A stretch of DNA of 64,000 nt from Chrysomallon squamiferum. Lineage: Eukaryota > Animalia > Mollusca. The stretch covers positions 4,898,001-4,962,000 of the forward strand of contig CM022677.1 in the NCBI GenBank assembly GCA_012295275.1, read 5' to 3'. Both the position numbers and the translations under genes were made by a program. This document shows positions 27,251 through 42,197 of the stretch, in pieces (position 1 is the first letter of the stretch; each line of letters starts with the position of its first letter). The notes below the pieces were generated by a model. The model did no database searches, was not told where the DNA came from, and saw only the letters and a list, made by a program, of their open reading frames with translations.

Positions 27251-28371
27251 TCTGTTTCATAGATTAATCTGGCATCCACTTCCAGACTAACTATTTGAGA
27301 TTTCTTGTTTGGGTTTACTCTTCTGATTTTTTCACTTTATCTTTAACTGTGTTTCTTTAACTGTTAACAAGCATGAAGAAAATAGTTCATTTTGGAACAG
27401 TTCATGATTAGAATTAAAGTTCATGTTATTATAAAGAAATCTTTCAATATCGAACACTTTGTTTCACTATTAATTAGTTTTTAGTTGTTCCAAAATAAAT
27501 ATTTCAAATTATTCTGTTCTGTCTTTAATTATTTATATTGTAAGCTAGAGTTATCAAACCTGAATATGAACATCTTAACAACTGAAGAACATTTTTATTC
27601 AGCTGTTCAGGGTAACAGTGAATAATGAATGCAGTCTGTCATTAGATAAAATCACATTCAATATGATAATAATTTAACTATATTTCAATCAACAGCAGGA
27701 TTTATAGTGTTACAGTGTTAAAATATAAAATCACATTCAGTATGATAATAATTTAACTATATTTCAATCAACAGCAGGATTTATAGTGTTAAAAGGCAAA
27801 CACAAATTCAGAATGATAATAAGTATATTTCAATCAACAATTTTGGTTTAAAAGATAAATTCTAATTTGGTGTGATAATAATTTAACTATATGCAGTCAG
27901 AAATAATTTACGGGGTTTATAGTATTAAAAAGCAAAATGAAATTCAGTCTGATAATAATTTAACACTAAATGGTGGGATTTGTGGTAATCCTGTCTGCTT
28001 TGGTTATTGCTAGATTCCAATCACAGCTCAAGTAACAGCAGTACAACCAGAAATTAAAAAAACAAAGAAAAAACAATAAAATTCACAATAATCATTCAAA
28101 GCTGATACATGACTGGTTTGTTTGGTGTTTATTTGTTCTGGTTTTATCTCTGTAGCAGTCAGTATTATACTTAAGTGTTTTAGTAAATACTGTTGATTTA
28201 TATTATACTTTAGTGTTTTAGTAAATACTGTAGATTTATATTATACGTTAGTGTTTTAGTAAATAATGTTGATTTATATTATTTATATGTAACAGTCTGT
28301 GAGTATGCTATTCTGGAGTACCATATGTGATAACTGTGTTGTTGTTTTTTTATTCAGTAAACTGCACAATA

Positions 28372-28813
28372 TCTCTGATACAGTATTTAAATCAGACTAT
28401 TATAATGAATGTATTGTCTCTGATACAGTGTTTAAATCAGACTATTATAATGAATGTATTGTCTCTGATACAGTATATAAATGATAATGAATGTATTGTC
28501 TTTGATACAGTGTTTAAATCAGACTATTATAATGAATGTATTGTCTCTGATACAGTGTTTAAATCAGACTATTATAATGAATGTATTGTCTCTGATACAG
28601 TATATAAATGATAATGAATGTATTGTCTTTGATACAGTGTTTAAATCAGACTATTATAATGAATGTATTGTCTCTGATACAGTGTTTAAATCAGACTATT
28701 ATAATGAATGTATTGTCTCTGATACAGTGTTTAAATCAGACTATTATAATGAATGTATTGTCTCTGATACAGTGTTTAAATCAGACTATTATAATGAATG
28801 TATTGTCTCTGAT
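28372..28813. repeat. 45-bp tandem repeat, about 10 copies with a shorter variant
   Basis: tctctgatacagtgtttaaatcagactattataatgaatgtattg. Confidence 0.95.
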
Positions 28814-29654
28814 TTGATACATTTTGTAAACGTCTCTTTATTATCAAACACAGGTTTGTTGTATTTACACAAAACTACAGGGATTTATTACGGCCTAAAT
28901 TGTATTTAATTTTATGATTGTGGACTTTTTATAATTGAGAAATGAAGTATGAGGATGTATGTATGACTGAGAAATCAAGTTTATGAACAAATGTAGAATT
29001 GTCAAATTGATTTTGTTGCATGTAGAAAAATGGTTTAATTTTCTGTAAAATTATTTTTAATTTTTTTTTTTATGATGGAGTCTGTTTGTTTGTAATATAT
29101 CTTTTATACTAAATTCCTACCTACACTTTATTCACACATTTCTTTTGTTAAATTACAATTTTTAAATTATAATAAAAATACTTATAAATTATATTACAGG
29201 TTTTGTGTATTCATACATTTTTCATAAAAAAAACAGATTATGTTACTTTATTTTAGTTTTGAAAAATAGATATAAAAATGATTAATGAAAAAATATTACA
29301 TAAAGACAAAGAACATTTTTGATTTGTTTTCTTCTTTTTTTTTTTAAAATAGATTATTGATATAATTTTATTTTACTACTGAATTTTGTAGTGGAGAATA
29401 ATATGAGGAACTGTTTTTATGTTAATTTGTAATTAACATTTGTTCTAAATTAAGATTACTGGCTTCAATAAAGATTAGAGAAATATCAGTGACTAATGGC
29501 TTTGACTGCTGTGTTGTAATTTTAATACTTTGGGTAACTTTTAAGTAATAATCTGTTTTCATTTCCAATGAATGACAGGGTTATTAATTATAAATATTAT
29601 ATTTTTTAAGTAATCTAATTTTATTTATTACTTTTGTAGGATAAACAACCATTT

Positions 29655-29704
<50 letters not shown>

Positions 29705-30024
29705 GATATAGATATAGATATGTATGTATATATATAAATAACTAAAGGTTTTTTTTCATATTCTTCAGTCATCGTGGTTTTTGTTTTTCTCCAATTCTAT
29801 TTTATTTTAGTCTTCGTCTTTATTCTTGTTTCTTCTAACGTTCAATCCTGTTGTTGTTATTTTTGTCTTAATCTACATATTCTAATTATTTCATACTCAG
29901 ACATACATACAGACAACTGTTGTTATATTTCTTGTAATTCACTCTTCTATATTTGTTTTTTCCTGTTCTTCTTTTTTCTTAATGTATGTGTCCAAATGTT
30001 CTTTTCCACACACATTCACAAATA

Positions 30025-30672
30025 TATATAATATATGCACATGCAGATTATAGGTACATGTACAATAAACATATAATATAATATAACATATACACATGAA
30101 AGATAATAGATACATATACAAACATATACAATAAACATACACATAATGTAATATATGCACATGCAGATTATAGATACATATACAAACATATACAATAAAC
30201 ATACACATAATATAATATATGCACACACAGATAATAGATACATATACAAACATATACAATAAACATACACATAATATAATATATGCACACGCAGATTATA
30301 GATACATATACAAACATATACAATAAACATACACATAATATAATATATGCACATGCAGATTATAGATACATATACAAACATGTACAATAAACATACACAT
30401 AATATAATATATGCACACGCAGATTATAGATACATATACAAACGTACAATAAACATAATATATGCACATGCAGATTATAGATACATATACAAACATATAC
30501 AATAAACATACACATAATATATGCACACGCAGATTATAGATACATATACAAACGTACAATAAACATAATATATGCACATGCAGATTATAGATACATATAC
30601 AAACATATACAATAAACATACACATAATATATGCACATGCAGATTATAGATACATATACAAACATATACATT
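30025..30672. repeat. ~50-64-bp tandem repeat, about 11 copies
   Basis: atatgcacatgcagattatagatacatatacaaacatatacaataaacatacacataat units. Confidence 0.93.
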
Positions 30673-30818
30673 AAGCATACAATCAGTGCTCAATATTCTT
30701 GGTTGTTTTCTCTTTTTGTTTCTTGTTATACTTATAAAATTTCTAATCCTTTCTTTTTGGTTCTTTATTATTTTTTTATCTTCTTATCTTTCTTTCTTTT
30801 TATTATATTTAGTATCTG

Positions 30819-30886
<68 letters not shown>

Positions 30887-30949
30887 AAACCTCACTGAAT
30901 TTAACTGAATTTATAGACTCATCATTGACGAACACGTATTGAAGGAAAT

Positions 30950-33900
30950 CACTGAAATAGCACGTCACGTTTTTCTAAATTACAAAAAACACGACACCTC
31001 GCTGTTCTAGAAATACCACGTGTTTCTAAATTACAAAATACTCGTAACATCGCTGTTCTAGAAATACCACGTTTTTCTAAATTACAAAATACTCGTCACT
31101 CGCTCTTTTAGAAATACCACATCACGTTTTACTAAATTGCAAAATACTCGTCACTCGCTCTTTTAGAAATACCACATCACGTTTTACTAAATTACAAAAT
31201 ACTCCTCACCTCGCTGTTCTACAAATACGACGTTTTTCTAAATTACAAAACACTCGTCACCTCGCTGTTCTACAAATACCACGTTTTTCTAAATTACAAA
31301 ACACTAGTCACCTCGCTGTTCTAGAAATACCACGGTTTTCTAAATTACAAAACACTCGTCACCTCGTTGTTCTAGAAATACCACGGTTTTCTAAATTACA
31401 AAACACTCGTCACCTCGCTGTTCTAGAAATACGACGTTTTTCTAAATTAGAAAACACTCGCCACATCGCTGTTCTAGAAATACCACGATTTTCTAAATTA
31501 CAAAATACTCGTCACCTCGCTGTTCTAGAAATACCACGTCACGTTTTTCTAAATTACAAAATACTCGTCACCTCGCTGTTCTAGAAACACCACGTTTTCC
31601 TAAATGACAAAATACTCGTCACCACGCTGTTCTAGAAACACCACGTTTTCCTAAATTACAAAATTATAGTCACCTCGGTGTTCTAGAAATACCACGTTTT
31701 TCTAAATGACAAAATACTCGTCACCTCGCTGTTCTAGAAATACCACGTTTTTCTAAATGACAAAATACTCTTCACCTCGGTGTTCCAGAAGTACCACGTT
31801 TTTCTAAATTACAAAATAATCCTCATCTCGCTGTTCTAGAAATACCACGTTATTCTAAATGATAAAATACTCGTCACCTCGCTGTTCTAGAAATACCACG
31901 TTTTTCTAAATTACAAAATACTCGTGATCTCGCTGTTCTAGAAATACCACGTTATTCTAAATGATAAAATATTCGTCACTTCGCTGTTCTTGAAATATTA
32001 CGTCACGTTTTTCTAAGTTACAAAAGACTCGTCACCTCGCTGTTCTAGAAATACCACATTTTTCTAAATTACAAAATACTACTCATCTCGCTGTTCTAGA
32101 AATACCACGTTTTTTTTAAATTACAAAATACTCGTCATCTGACTGTTCTAGAAATACCACGTTTTTTCTAAATAACAAAATACTCGTCACCTCGCTGTTC
32201 TAGAAATACCACGTTTTTCAAAATTACAAAACACTCGTCACCTCGCTGTTCTACAAATACCACGTTTTTCTAAATTACAAAACACTCGTCACCTCGCTGT
32301 TCTAGAAATACCACGTTTTTCTAAATTACAAAAGACTCGTCACCTCGCTGTTCAAGAAATACCACGTCACGTTTTTCAAAATCACAAACTACTCGTCACC
32401 TCGCTGTTCTATAAATACCACGTTTTTCTAAATTACAAAATACTCGTCACTACGCTGTTCTACAAATACCACGTCAGGTTTTTGTAAATTACAAAATACT
32501 CATCACCTCGCTGTTCTAGAAACACCGCGTTTTTCTAAATTACAAAATTATAGTCACCTCGCTGTTCTAGAAATACCACGTTTTTCTAAATTACAAAACA
32601 CTCGTCACCTCGCTGTTCTAGAAATACGACGTTTTTCTAAATTAGAAAACACTCGCCACATCGCTGTTCTAGAAATACCACGATTTTCTAAATTACAAAA
32701 TACTCGTCACCTCGCTGTTCTAGAAACACCACGTTTTTCTAAATTACAAAATTATAGTCACCTCGCTGTTCTAGAAATACCACGTTTTTACAAATTACAA
32801 AACACTCGTCACCTCGCTGTTCTACAAATACCACGTTTTTCTAAATTACAAAACACTCGTCACCTCGCTCTTCTAGAAATACCACGTTTTTCTAAATTAC
32901 AAAACACTCGTCACCTCGCTGTTCTAGAATTACCACGTCACGTTTTTCAAAATCACAAACTACTCGTCACCTGGCTGTTCCATAAATACCACGTTTTTCT
33001 AAATTACAAAATACTCGTCACTACGCTGTTCTAGAAATACCACGTCAGGTTTTTGTAAATTACAAAATACTCGTCACAACGCTGTTCTAGAAATACCACG
33101 TCAGGTTTTTGTAAATTACAAAATACTCGTCACCTCGCTGTTCTAGAAATACCACGTCAGGTTTTTCTAAATTACAAAATACTCGTCACCTCGCTGTTCT
33201 AGAAATACCACGTCACGTTTTTCTAAATTACAAAATACTCGTCACCTCGCTGTTCTAGAAACACCACGTTTTTCTAAATGACAAAATACTCGTCACCACG
33301 CTGTTCTAGAAACACCACGTTTTTCTAAATTACAAAATTATAGTCACCTCGGTGTTCTAGAAATACCACGTTTTTCTAAATTACAAAATACTCGTGATCT
33401 CGCTGTTCTAGAAATACCACGTTTTTCTAAATTAAAAAAACACTCGTCACCTCGCTGTTCTACAAATACCACCTTTTTCTAAATTACAAAACACTCGTCA
33501 CCTCGCTGTTCTAGAAATACCACGTTTTTATAAATGACAAAATACTCGTCACCTCGCTGTTCTAGAAATACCACGTTTTTCTAAATTACAAAATACTCGT
33601 CACCTCGCTGTTCTAGAAATACCACGTTTTTCTAAAATACAAAACACTCGTCACCTCGCTGTTCTACAAATACCACGTTTTTCTAAATTACAAAACACTC
33701 GTCACCTCGCTGTTCTAGAAATACCACGTTTTTCTAAATTACAAAAGACTCGTCACCTCGCTGTTCTAGAAATACCACGTCACGTTTTTCAAAATCACAA
33801 ACTGCTCGTCACCTCGCTGTTCTATAAATACCACGTTTTTCTAAATTACAAAATACTCGTCACTACGCTGTTCTACAAATACCACGTCAGGTTTTTGTAA

Positions 33901-36900
33901 ATTACAAAATACTCGTCACCTCGCTGTTCTAGAAACACCGCGTTGTTCTAAATGATAAAATACTGCTCACCTCGCTGTTCTAGAAATACCACGTTTTTCT
34001 AAATTACAAAACACTCGTCACCTCGCTGTTCTAGAAATACGACGTTTTCCTAAATTAGAAAACACTCGCCACATCGCTGTTCTAGAAATACCACGATTTT
34101 CTAAATTACAAAATACTCGTCACCTCGCTCTTCTAGAAACACCACGTTTTTCTAAATTACAAAATACTCGTCACCTCGCTGTTCTAGAAATACCACGTTT
34201 TTACAAATTACAAAACACTCGTCACCTCGCTGTTCTACAAATACCACGTTTTTCTAAATTACAAAACACTCGTCACCTCGCTGTTCTAGAAATACGACGT
34301 TTTTCTAAATTAGAAAACACTCGCCACATCGCTGTTCTAGAAATACCACGATTTTCTAAATTACAAAATACTCGTCACCTCGCTGTTCTAGAAACACCAC
34401 GTTTTTCTAAATTACAAAATTATAGTCACCTCGCTGTTCTAGAAATACCACGTTTTTACAAATTACAAAACACTCGTCACCTCGCTGTTCTACAAATACC
34501 ACGTTTTTCTAAATTACAAAACACTCGTCACCTCGCTGTTCTAGAAATACCACGTTTTTCTAAATTACAAAAGACTCGTCACCTCGCTGTTCTAGAATTA
34601 CCACGTGACGTTTTTCAAAATCACAAACTACTCGTCACCTGCCTGTTCCATAAATACCACGTTTTTCTAAATTACAAAATACTCGTCACTACGCTGTTCT
34701 AGAAATACCACGTCAGGTTTTTGTAAATTACAAAATACTCGTCACCTCGCTGTTCTAGAAACACCGCGTTTTTCTAAATTACAAAATTGTAGTCACCTCG
34801 CTGTTTAAGAAATACCACGTTTTTCTAAATGACAAAACACTCGTCACCACGCTGTTCTAGAAATACCACGTGACGTTTTTCTTAATTACAAAATACTCGT
34901 CACCTCGCTGTTCTAGAAGTACCACGTTTTTCTAAATTACAAAATAGTCCTCATCTCGCTGTTCTAGAAATACCACGTTATTCTAAATGATAAAATACTG
35001 GTCACCTCGCTGTTCTAGAAATACCACGTTTTTCTAAATCACAAAATACTCGTCACCTCGCTGTTCTAGAAATGTCACGTTTTTCTAAATTACAAAATAC
35101 TCGTCACCTCGCTGTTCTAGATATACCACGTTTTTCTAAATGACAAAACACTCGTCACCTCGCTGTTCTAGAAATACCACGTCACGTTTTTCAAAATCAG
35201 AAAATACTCGTCACCTCGCTGTTCTAGAAACACCACGTTTTTCTAAATTACAAAATTATAGTCATTTCGCTGTTCTAGAAATACCACGTTTTTCTAAATG
35301 ACAAAACACTCGTCACCACGCTGTTCTAGGTGTACCACGTTTTTCTAAATTACAAAATACTCCTCATCTCGCTGTTCTAGAAATACCACGTTATTCTAAA
35401 TGATAAAATACTGGTCACCTCGCTGTTCTAGAAATTCCACGTTTTTCTAAATTACAAAATACTCGTCACCTCGCAGTTCTAGAAATACCACGTTTTTCTA
35501 AATTAAAAAAACACTCGTCACCTCGCTGTTCTACAAATACCACCTTTTTCTAAATTACAAAACACTCGTCACCTCGCTGTTCTAGAAATACCACGTTTTT
35601 CTAAATTACAAAATACTCGTCACCTCGCTGTTCTAGAAATACCACGTTTTTCTAAATTAAAAAACACTCGTCACCTCGCTGTTCTACAAATACCACCTTT
35701 TTCTAAATTACAAAACACTCGTCACCTCGCTGTTCTAGAAATACCACGTTTTTATAAATGAAAAAATACTCGTCACCTCGCTGTTCTAGAAATACCACGT
35801 CACGTTTTTCAAAATTATAAAATACTCGTCACCTCGCTGTTCTAGAAATATCACGTTTTTCTAAATTATAGAATGCTCGTGAACTCGCTGTTCTAGAAAT
35901 ACCACGTTTTTCTAAATTACAAAACACTCGTCACCTCGCTGTTCTAGAAATACCACGTTATTCTAAATGATAAAATATTCGTCACTTCGCTGTTCTTGAA
36001 ATATTACGTCACGTTTTTCTAAGTTACAAAAGACTCGTCACCTCGCTGTTATAGAAATACCACATTTTTCTAAATTACAAAATACTCCTCATCTCGCTGT
36101 TCTAGAAATACAACGTTTTTTTTAAATTACAAAATACTCGTCATCTGACTGTTCTAGAAATACCACGTTTTTCTAAATTACAAAATACTCGTCACCTCGC
36201 TGTTCTAGAAATACCACGTTTTTACAAATTACAAAATACTCGTCACCTCGCTGTTCTAGAAACACCGCGTTTTTCTAAATTACAAAATTATAGTCACCTC
36301 GCTGTTTAAGAAATACCACGTTTTTCTAAATGACAAAACACTCGTCACCACGCTGTTCTAGAAATACCACGTGACGTTTTTCTTAATTACAAAATACTCG
36401 TCACCTCGCTGTTCTAGAAGTACCACGTTTTTCTAAATTACAAAATACTCCTCATCTCGCTGTTCTAGAAATACCACGTTGTTCTAAATGATAAAAGACT
36501 GGTCACCTCGCTGTTCTAGAAATACCACGTTTTTCTAAATTACAAAACACTCGTCACCTCGCTGTTCTAGAAATACGACGTTTTTCTAAATTAGAAAACA
36601 CTCGCCACATCGCTGTTCTAGAAATACCACGATTTTCTAAATTACAAAATACTCGTCACCTCGCTGTTCTAGCAATACCACGTTTTTCTAAATTACAAAA
36701 CACTCGTCATCTCGCTGTTCTAGAAATACCACGTTTTCCTAAATTACAAAAGACTCGTCACCTCGCTGTTCTAGAAATACCACGTCACGTTTTTCAAAAT
36801 CACAAACTACTCGTCACCTCGCTGTTCTATAAATACCACGTTTTTCTAAATTACAAAATACTGGCACTACGCTGTTCTAGAAATACCACGTCAGGTTTTT

Positions 36901-37878
36901 GTAAATTACAAAATACTCGTCACCTCGCTGTTCTAGAAACACCGCGTTTTTCTAAATTACAAAACACTCGTTACCTCGCTGTTCTAGAAATACCACGTTT
37001 TTCTAAATTACAAAATACTCGTCACCTCGCTGTTCTAGATATACCACGTTTTTCTAAATGACCAAACACTCGTCACCTCGCTGTTCTAGAAATACCACTT
37101 CACGTTTTTCAAAATCAGAAAATACTCGTCACCTCGCTGTTCTATAAATACCACGTTTTTCTAAATTACAAAATACTGGTCACTACGCTGTTCTAGAAAT
37201 ACCACGTCACGTTTTTGTAAATTACAAAATACTCGTCACCTCGCTGTTCTAGAAACACCGCGTTTTTCTAAATGACAAAATAATCGTCACCACGCTGTCT
37301 TAGAAACACCACGTTTTTCTAAATTACACTATTATAGTCACCTCGCTGTTTAAGAAATACCACGTTTTTCTAAATGACAAAATACTCGTGAACTCGCTGT
37401 TCTAGAAATACCACGTTTTTTTAAATGACAAAACACTCGTCACCACGCTGTTCTAGAAATAGCTCGTTATTCTAAATGATAAAATACTGGTCACCTCGCT
37501 GTTCTAGAAATACCACGTTTTTCTAAATTACAAAACACTCGTCACCTCGCTGTTCTACAAATACCACGTTTTTCTAAATTACAAAACACTCGTTACCTCG
37601 CTGTTCTAGAAATACCACGTTTTTATAAATGACAAAATACTCGTCACCTCGCTGTTCTAGAAATACCACGTCACGTTTTTCAAAATTACAAAACACTCGT
37701 CACGTCGCTGTTCTAGAAATATCACGTTTTTCTAAATTACAAAATGCTCGTGAACTCGCTGTTCTAGAAATACCACGTTTTTCTAAATTACAAAATACTC
37801 GTGACCAGCTGTTCTAGAAACACCACGTTTTTCTAAATTACAAAATTATCGTCACCTCGCTGTTCTAGAAATACCACA
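30950..37878. repeat. ~6.9-kb satellite array, 51-bp monomer (56-bp variant), roughly 130 copies
   Basis: Consensus ctcgtcacctcgctgttctagaaataccacgtttttctaaattacaaaata, head to tail with no spacers; the variant carries a cacgt duplication. Confidence 0.99.
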
Positions 37879-37907
37879 AATATACCATCATAGAAATAGA
37901 CAATATA

Positions 37908-37999
<92 letters not shown>

Positions 38000-38599
38000 A
38001 GATGTCGATATAGATATAGATGTAGATGTAGATATAGATATGGATACATATATATATATAGAGCGACGTAGATGTATATGTAGATATAAAGAGATTACTT
38101 ATAACTCCGCTTTCTAGCCATCTAGAAAGTTGTATGTTTAAAGTTTGTCGATTGAGCAAAATAAATACAAATTTATTTATTACTATTTTGTTACTACCGC
38201 AGACTAATATTAGCGATTTATAAATAAATAAATAAATAAAAGCAGTTAAAATTAATATTTACGGAAAGAAAATTTGATGTTAATACTGATGTCACAGTTT
38301 AATACATATATTTACTTAACAAATTATTTAGTTAACAACAGATGAAGCTAATGCAATTTTTACGACTTGATCTATTAGAGATAAATAATAATAAGAATAT
38401 ATATATTTTTTTAATTGTTTTTTTCTAATGTTATGACATTGGTAAAATATGAAGGGAGACTACTCATGCGGCACTATCATATTCTTGTTCCGTGTTTCAT
38501 ATTGCACACCGTGAGATAAACACTGTATTTTTAAATCTACGCGAATAAATCGTTGTGTAAAATAAAATTTATAACTGACAACTTGTTTGTGTGTGTTTG

Positions 38600-38720
38600 T
38601 TTGTGCGTGTTTGTGCGTACATGTATCAAACTGTCTCTGTGACGTTGCTAGGCGGGGAGGAAGCAGTCGAGTGATGAACGTATTTTTAAATGGCGCCGTT
38701 TCAAACATATTTAAGCTCTA
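38600..38720. promoter_or_regulatory. Putative CpG-rich promoter
   Basis: Local CpG enrichment with tgacgt (CRE half-site, ~38640), ggcggggagg (GC box, ~38651) and aaatggcgcc (YY1-like, ~38688) in an otherwise AT-rich background. Confidence 0.4.
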
Positions 38721-38750
38721 GTCCATTTATGCGATAAAAGTCGAATCTTG

Positions 38751-38793
<43 letters not shown>

Positions 38794-38987
38794 ATTTTAT
38801 TTTTTATTTATCGCCAGCCAATTAAACACTTTCTAGGTATTAAGTTATTCGACCAAAATTCCATTGCTTTGAACTGTGTCATTCTGTTTTTCCTATTTAA
38901 AATTGTGGTTTCATTTTAAACACAAAATAAACCGAGTTCAAAAGGTTTTTGGCACGTGTCATGTTTTAGTGTGCACGTGAAGAAAGC

Positions 38988-40179
38988 ATGGGGGTTCTCG
39001 AAACGTCTGTAATTCTGCCGCGACAGCTGGAAATGTCCTTCAAAAGAAGGTTAACTGAGTGACAGTTTCAGGAACAACACGTGTACACACTAATATAAAT
39101 AGATATACACACATACAACATATATGTATGCAATTATACATATCTACATAGGTACGTAAATACTTAAACACAGAGACAAGTATAATTAATATACAGATTC
39201 ATAAATAGTTTTTAAGCCCTTTAGAACCATTTAACCAAGTTGTGCCCCGCACCTTTTGAGGGCCCCCGATTGTAAAGGCGCCACGCGCAGTTTCGAGTTT
39301 CAGAAACTATGAAATTTACATTCACCGTTCTGCACGAATCAAATAAATTAATTAATTAAAAACAAAAATAAATCAGTCAAGTTCAGACACATTTTATATT
39401 ATTATTATTATTATTATTAAGCTTCGATATCTTATTCTAATAAATGTTTCAAATTATTTTGTGTTGTGTTTTGAATGATATATGTTTTGCTATAATTATT
39501 CAAAAATCTTAGTATACTAAAAGTGAGAAATATTTTTATTAGTGGACGGTCAGAAACGAAAAATATTGTTTTGTTCATCTTGACTTTTTATCGTGTTTCT
39601 TTTTTGGGTGTTGTTGTTGTTGTTTTTCTTGAAATCAAATTTTCTTGGCTTAATTTCTGTTTTTGTTTATTAATATCATGTTATCTCAGAGAACATGGCA
39701 ACCATCATTGTTTGTTTGTTTATTTGTGTATTACAGAACATTATCAGTCAGTGCTGTCTCAAAAGTATACTAAACATCGCCATATAATAATATGTTTAAT
39801 AGCACAAATATGTTTATATTGGAAAAATTGTGTTTGTTAATAAGAACTGCATTTGAGAGAGAATGTCGTTCATGTTAAACATCCACGTTATTATATATCT
39901 GTAATAAATTCTTCTCTGTACTGCAATCCTGCATTCTACGAGAATAAAGTCATTTGTGATATTCACTGCCGCTGGTTGAATACACAGACGTCGTGTTTTC
40001 ATTTTGACAGCCTTTTTTGTTTGGGATCAAATCTACATGGCGGACATGATTCCTGCACTTCAGTAAATAACAACCACGACGGCGGCGATGCAGGCAGAAC
40101 ATCTGAAACGAAAGGGAAATCTGCCGACAGCTGTTGTAACTCTCTGGGTCTGAGTGACGACAGTTTTACACGACAGTGA
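38988..40179 (+). CDS. Possible two-exon small ORF (76 aa): join(38988..39049,40011..40179)
   Basis: MGVLETSVILPRQLEMSFKR AG|gttaac...ttttcattttgacag|C gives a phase-2-consistent join to LFCLGSNLHGGHDSC...FTRQ*. No homology recognised. Confidence 0.25.
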
Positions 40180-40329
40180 TGATGATGATGTGACGATGTT
40201 GATGCAAACATTGTTTGGAACTTAATTTATTTGATTAAATTAACAAAAGATAGAAATAAATATCCGCTGAAACTGACAACTGATGAACAAGTCCGTCTTC
40301 AGTGGTAGATGTATCCAACCTCAAAAGAT

Positions 40330-40390
<61 letters not shown>

Positions 40391-41544
40391 TATTAAAAAT
40401 GAATTTTGCATTGAAAATCTGTTTTTCATAAACCCTTTTTGACAAATAGTATTTATTTATTTATTCGTTCAGTCATTTATTTTTGTTTATTCAACCCTAT
40501 TATTAGGGAGTTCACTCAAAACTGCACACATACATTTTTTAAATATATCATACCTTCTAGAAACAATTAGCATTTTGAATTTTGCTGCTAAAATGTTAAA
40601 AAGTGAGCCAGTAATTATGTTACATCTTGAAACAAACGTGGCACCAGAAATATCAAATGTTTCCTGTTCTTGTACATTTATGTTTCTGGTTTCAACAATT
40701 GTTATCCAACTGTTGTCAAATGTTGTATACTGTTAAAAGAGACTATGAAAGTCAACTATCAACATTTTATTATCCAATGTAATGACCTCGACCTTATTTG
40801 CATATAATATAGAAACACGCACCCATCTCTCAACACAGAAAATGAAAATAATGTATTGCTCCCGTAACATTTGAAAACAAATTTATATATAGTTGATCCC
40901 CACTTGATAAAGATACAAAATTATGTATTGTATAAAGTATACTAAATATTATATTTGATTTTAATAATAAAAAGTGTAACAACGTAAAACCAATAGAAGA
41001 ATGAATTGTTTCTAGCCCCTACAAGTACAGTGCAACTAACAACCTAACACCCCTGTCAAATATGGAATAAATTCTCCCGCCATTTTGAAAGCGAGGAGCG
41101 GAGCGTTACATTATAGCATTGAAGGGGTCAATATTTTCATAAATTACGCCAAATTTTTATTAAATAGCAAAATACGTTTTTTAATTTTCACCTATATATA
41201 TTTTTTAATATAATCTTTGAGAAAGAAGAAAGATTAAATAGTTCTGTATTACTGGGTACATTTTACAGTGATTTCTTCGAATTTTCTCGTGCATTACCAA
41301 ATGGCTGCCTATTACGTTCATCAACATAGTTAATTTGTCAGCTAAAAATCAGGAATTAATCATCAGTGCAAACTATTACAGCCTACTTTTCACAATGTAA
41401 CAGAATTTTTATAAAATTCACCGCATTTAGCCACTTACAACACACTATTGTTTTCTTATTGTCTACTCAGTAATAACAAGGGTGTGTCTGTGTGTGTATG
41501 TGTGACTGTATGTGTGTGTGTGTGTCTGTGTGTGTGTGTGACTA

Positions 41545-41610
<66 letters not shown>

Positions 41611-41785
41611 CAGTGTAAGATGTTTCTAAATACCTCATTTAATAAATACAAAAAGCACGAAGATTTTAGAAAGGAAAACGATAGACTGTATCAAGGGTAA
41701 TTTGAGCTTGAAATAATCTGTCCAAAGAGAAACTGACATAAATACATCCATTACATAACAATAATAATAAGAAGAAGAAGATGAA

Positions 41786-41955
41786 ATTATAATAACAGTA
41801 GTAATATTTTACTTTATTAATCTTATGTTTTTAAATAAGTAATTATAATAACAGTAGTAATATTTTACTTTATTAATCTTATGTTTTTAAATAAGTAATT
41901 ATAATAACAGTAGTAATATTTTACTTTATTAATCTTATGTTTTTAAATAAGTAAG
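41786..41955. repeat. 56-bp tandem repeat x3
   Basis: aattataataacagtagtaatatttttactttattaatcttatgtttttaaataagt. Confidence 0.95.
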
Positions 41956-42197
41956 TAAATAAATAAATAATAAATAAATAAATAAAAAAAATCCAGTTTT
42001 GGTTGTCAAAGCTTTATTAATAATCCGACAAAATGATTAACAAAAAAGGTTTATTTATTTTACAAGATAGCACAGTACATACCATCCACTTTGATGTACT
42101 AAAAATAACACAACTTTACTTCAGTTATGAAGAAGAAAAACGAAAGATGAACTCTGAGAAGCAAACATTAGGACATTATTTTTGAAAACTGGCTCTT

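Noticed and set aside
30950-37878. CRISPR-like array of ~50-bp units with a palindromic core
   Set aside because: No unique spacers, no cas genes, eukaryotic context; it is a head-to-tail satellite.
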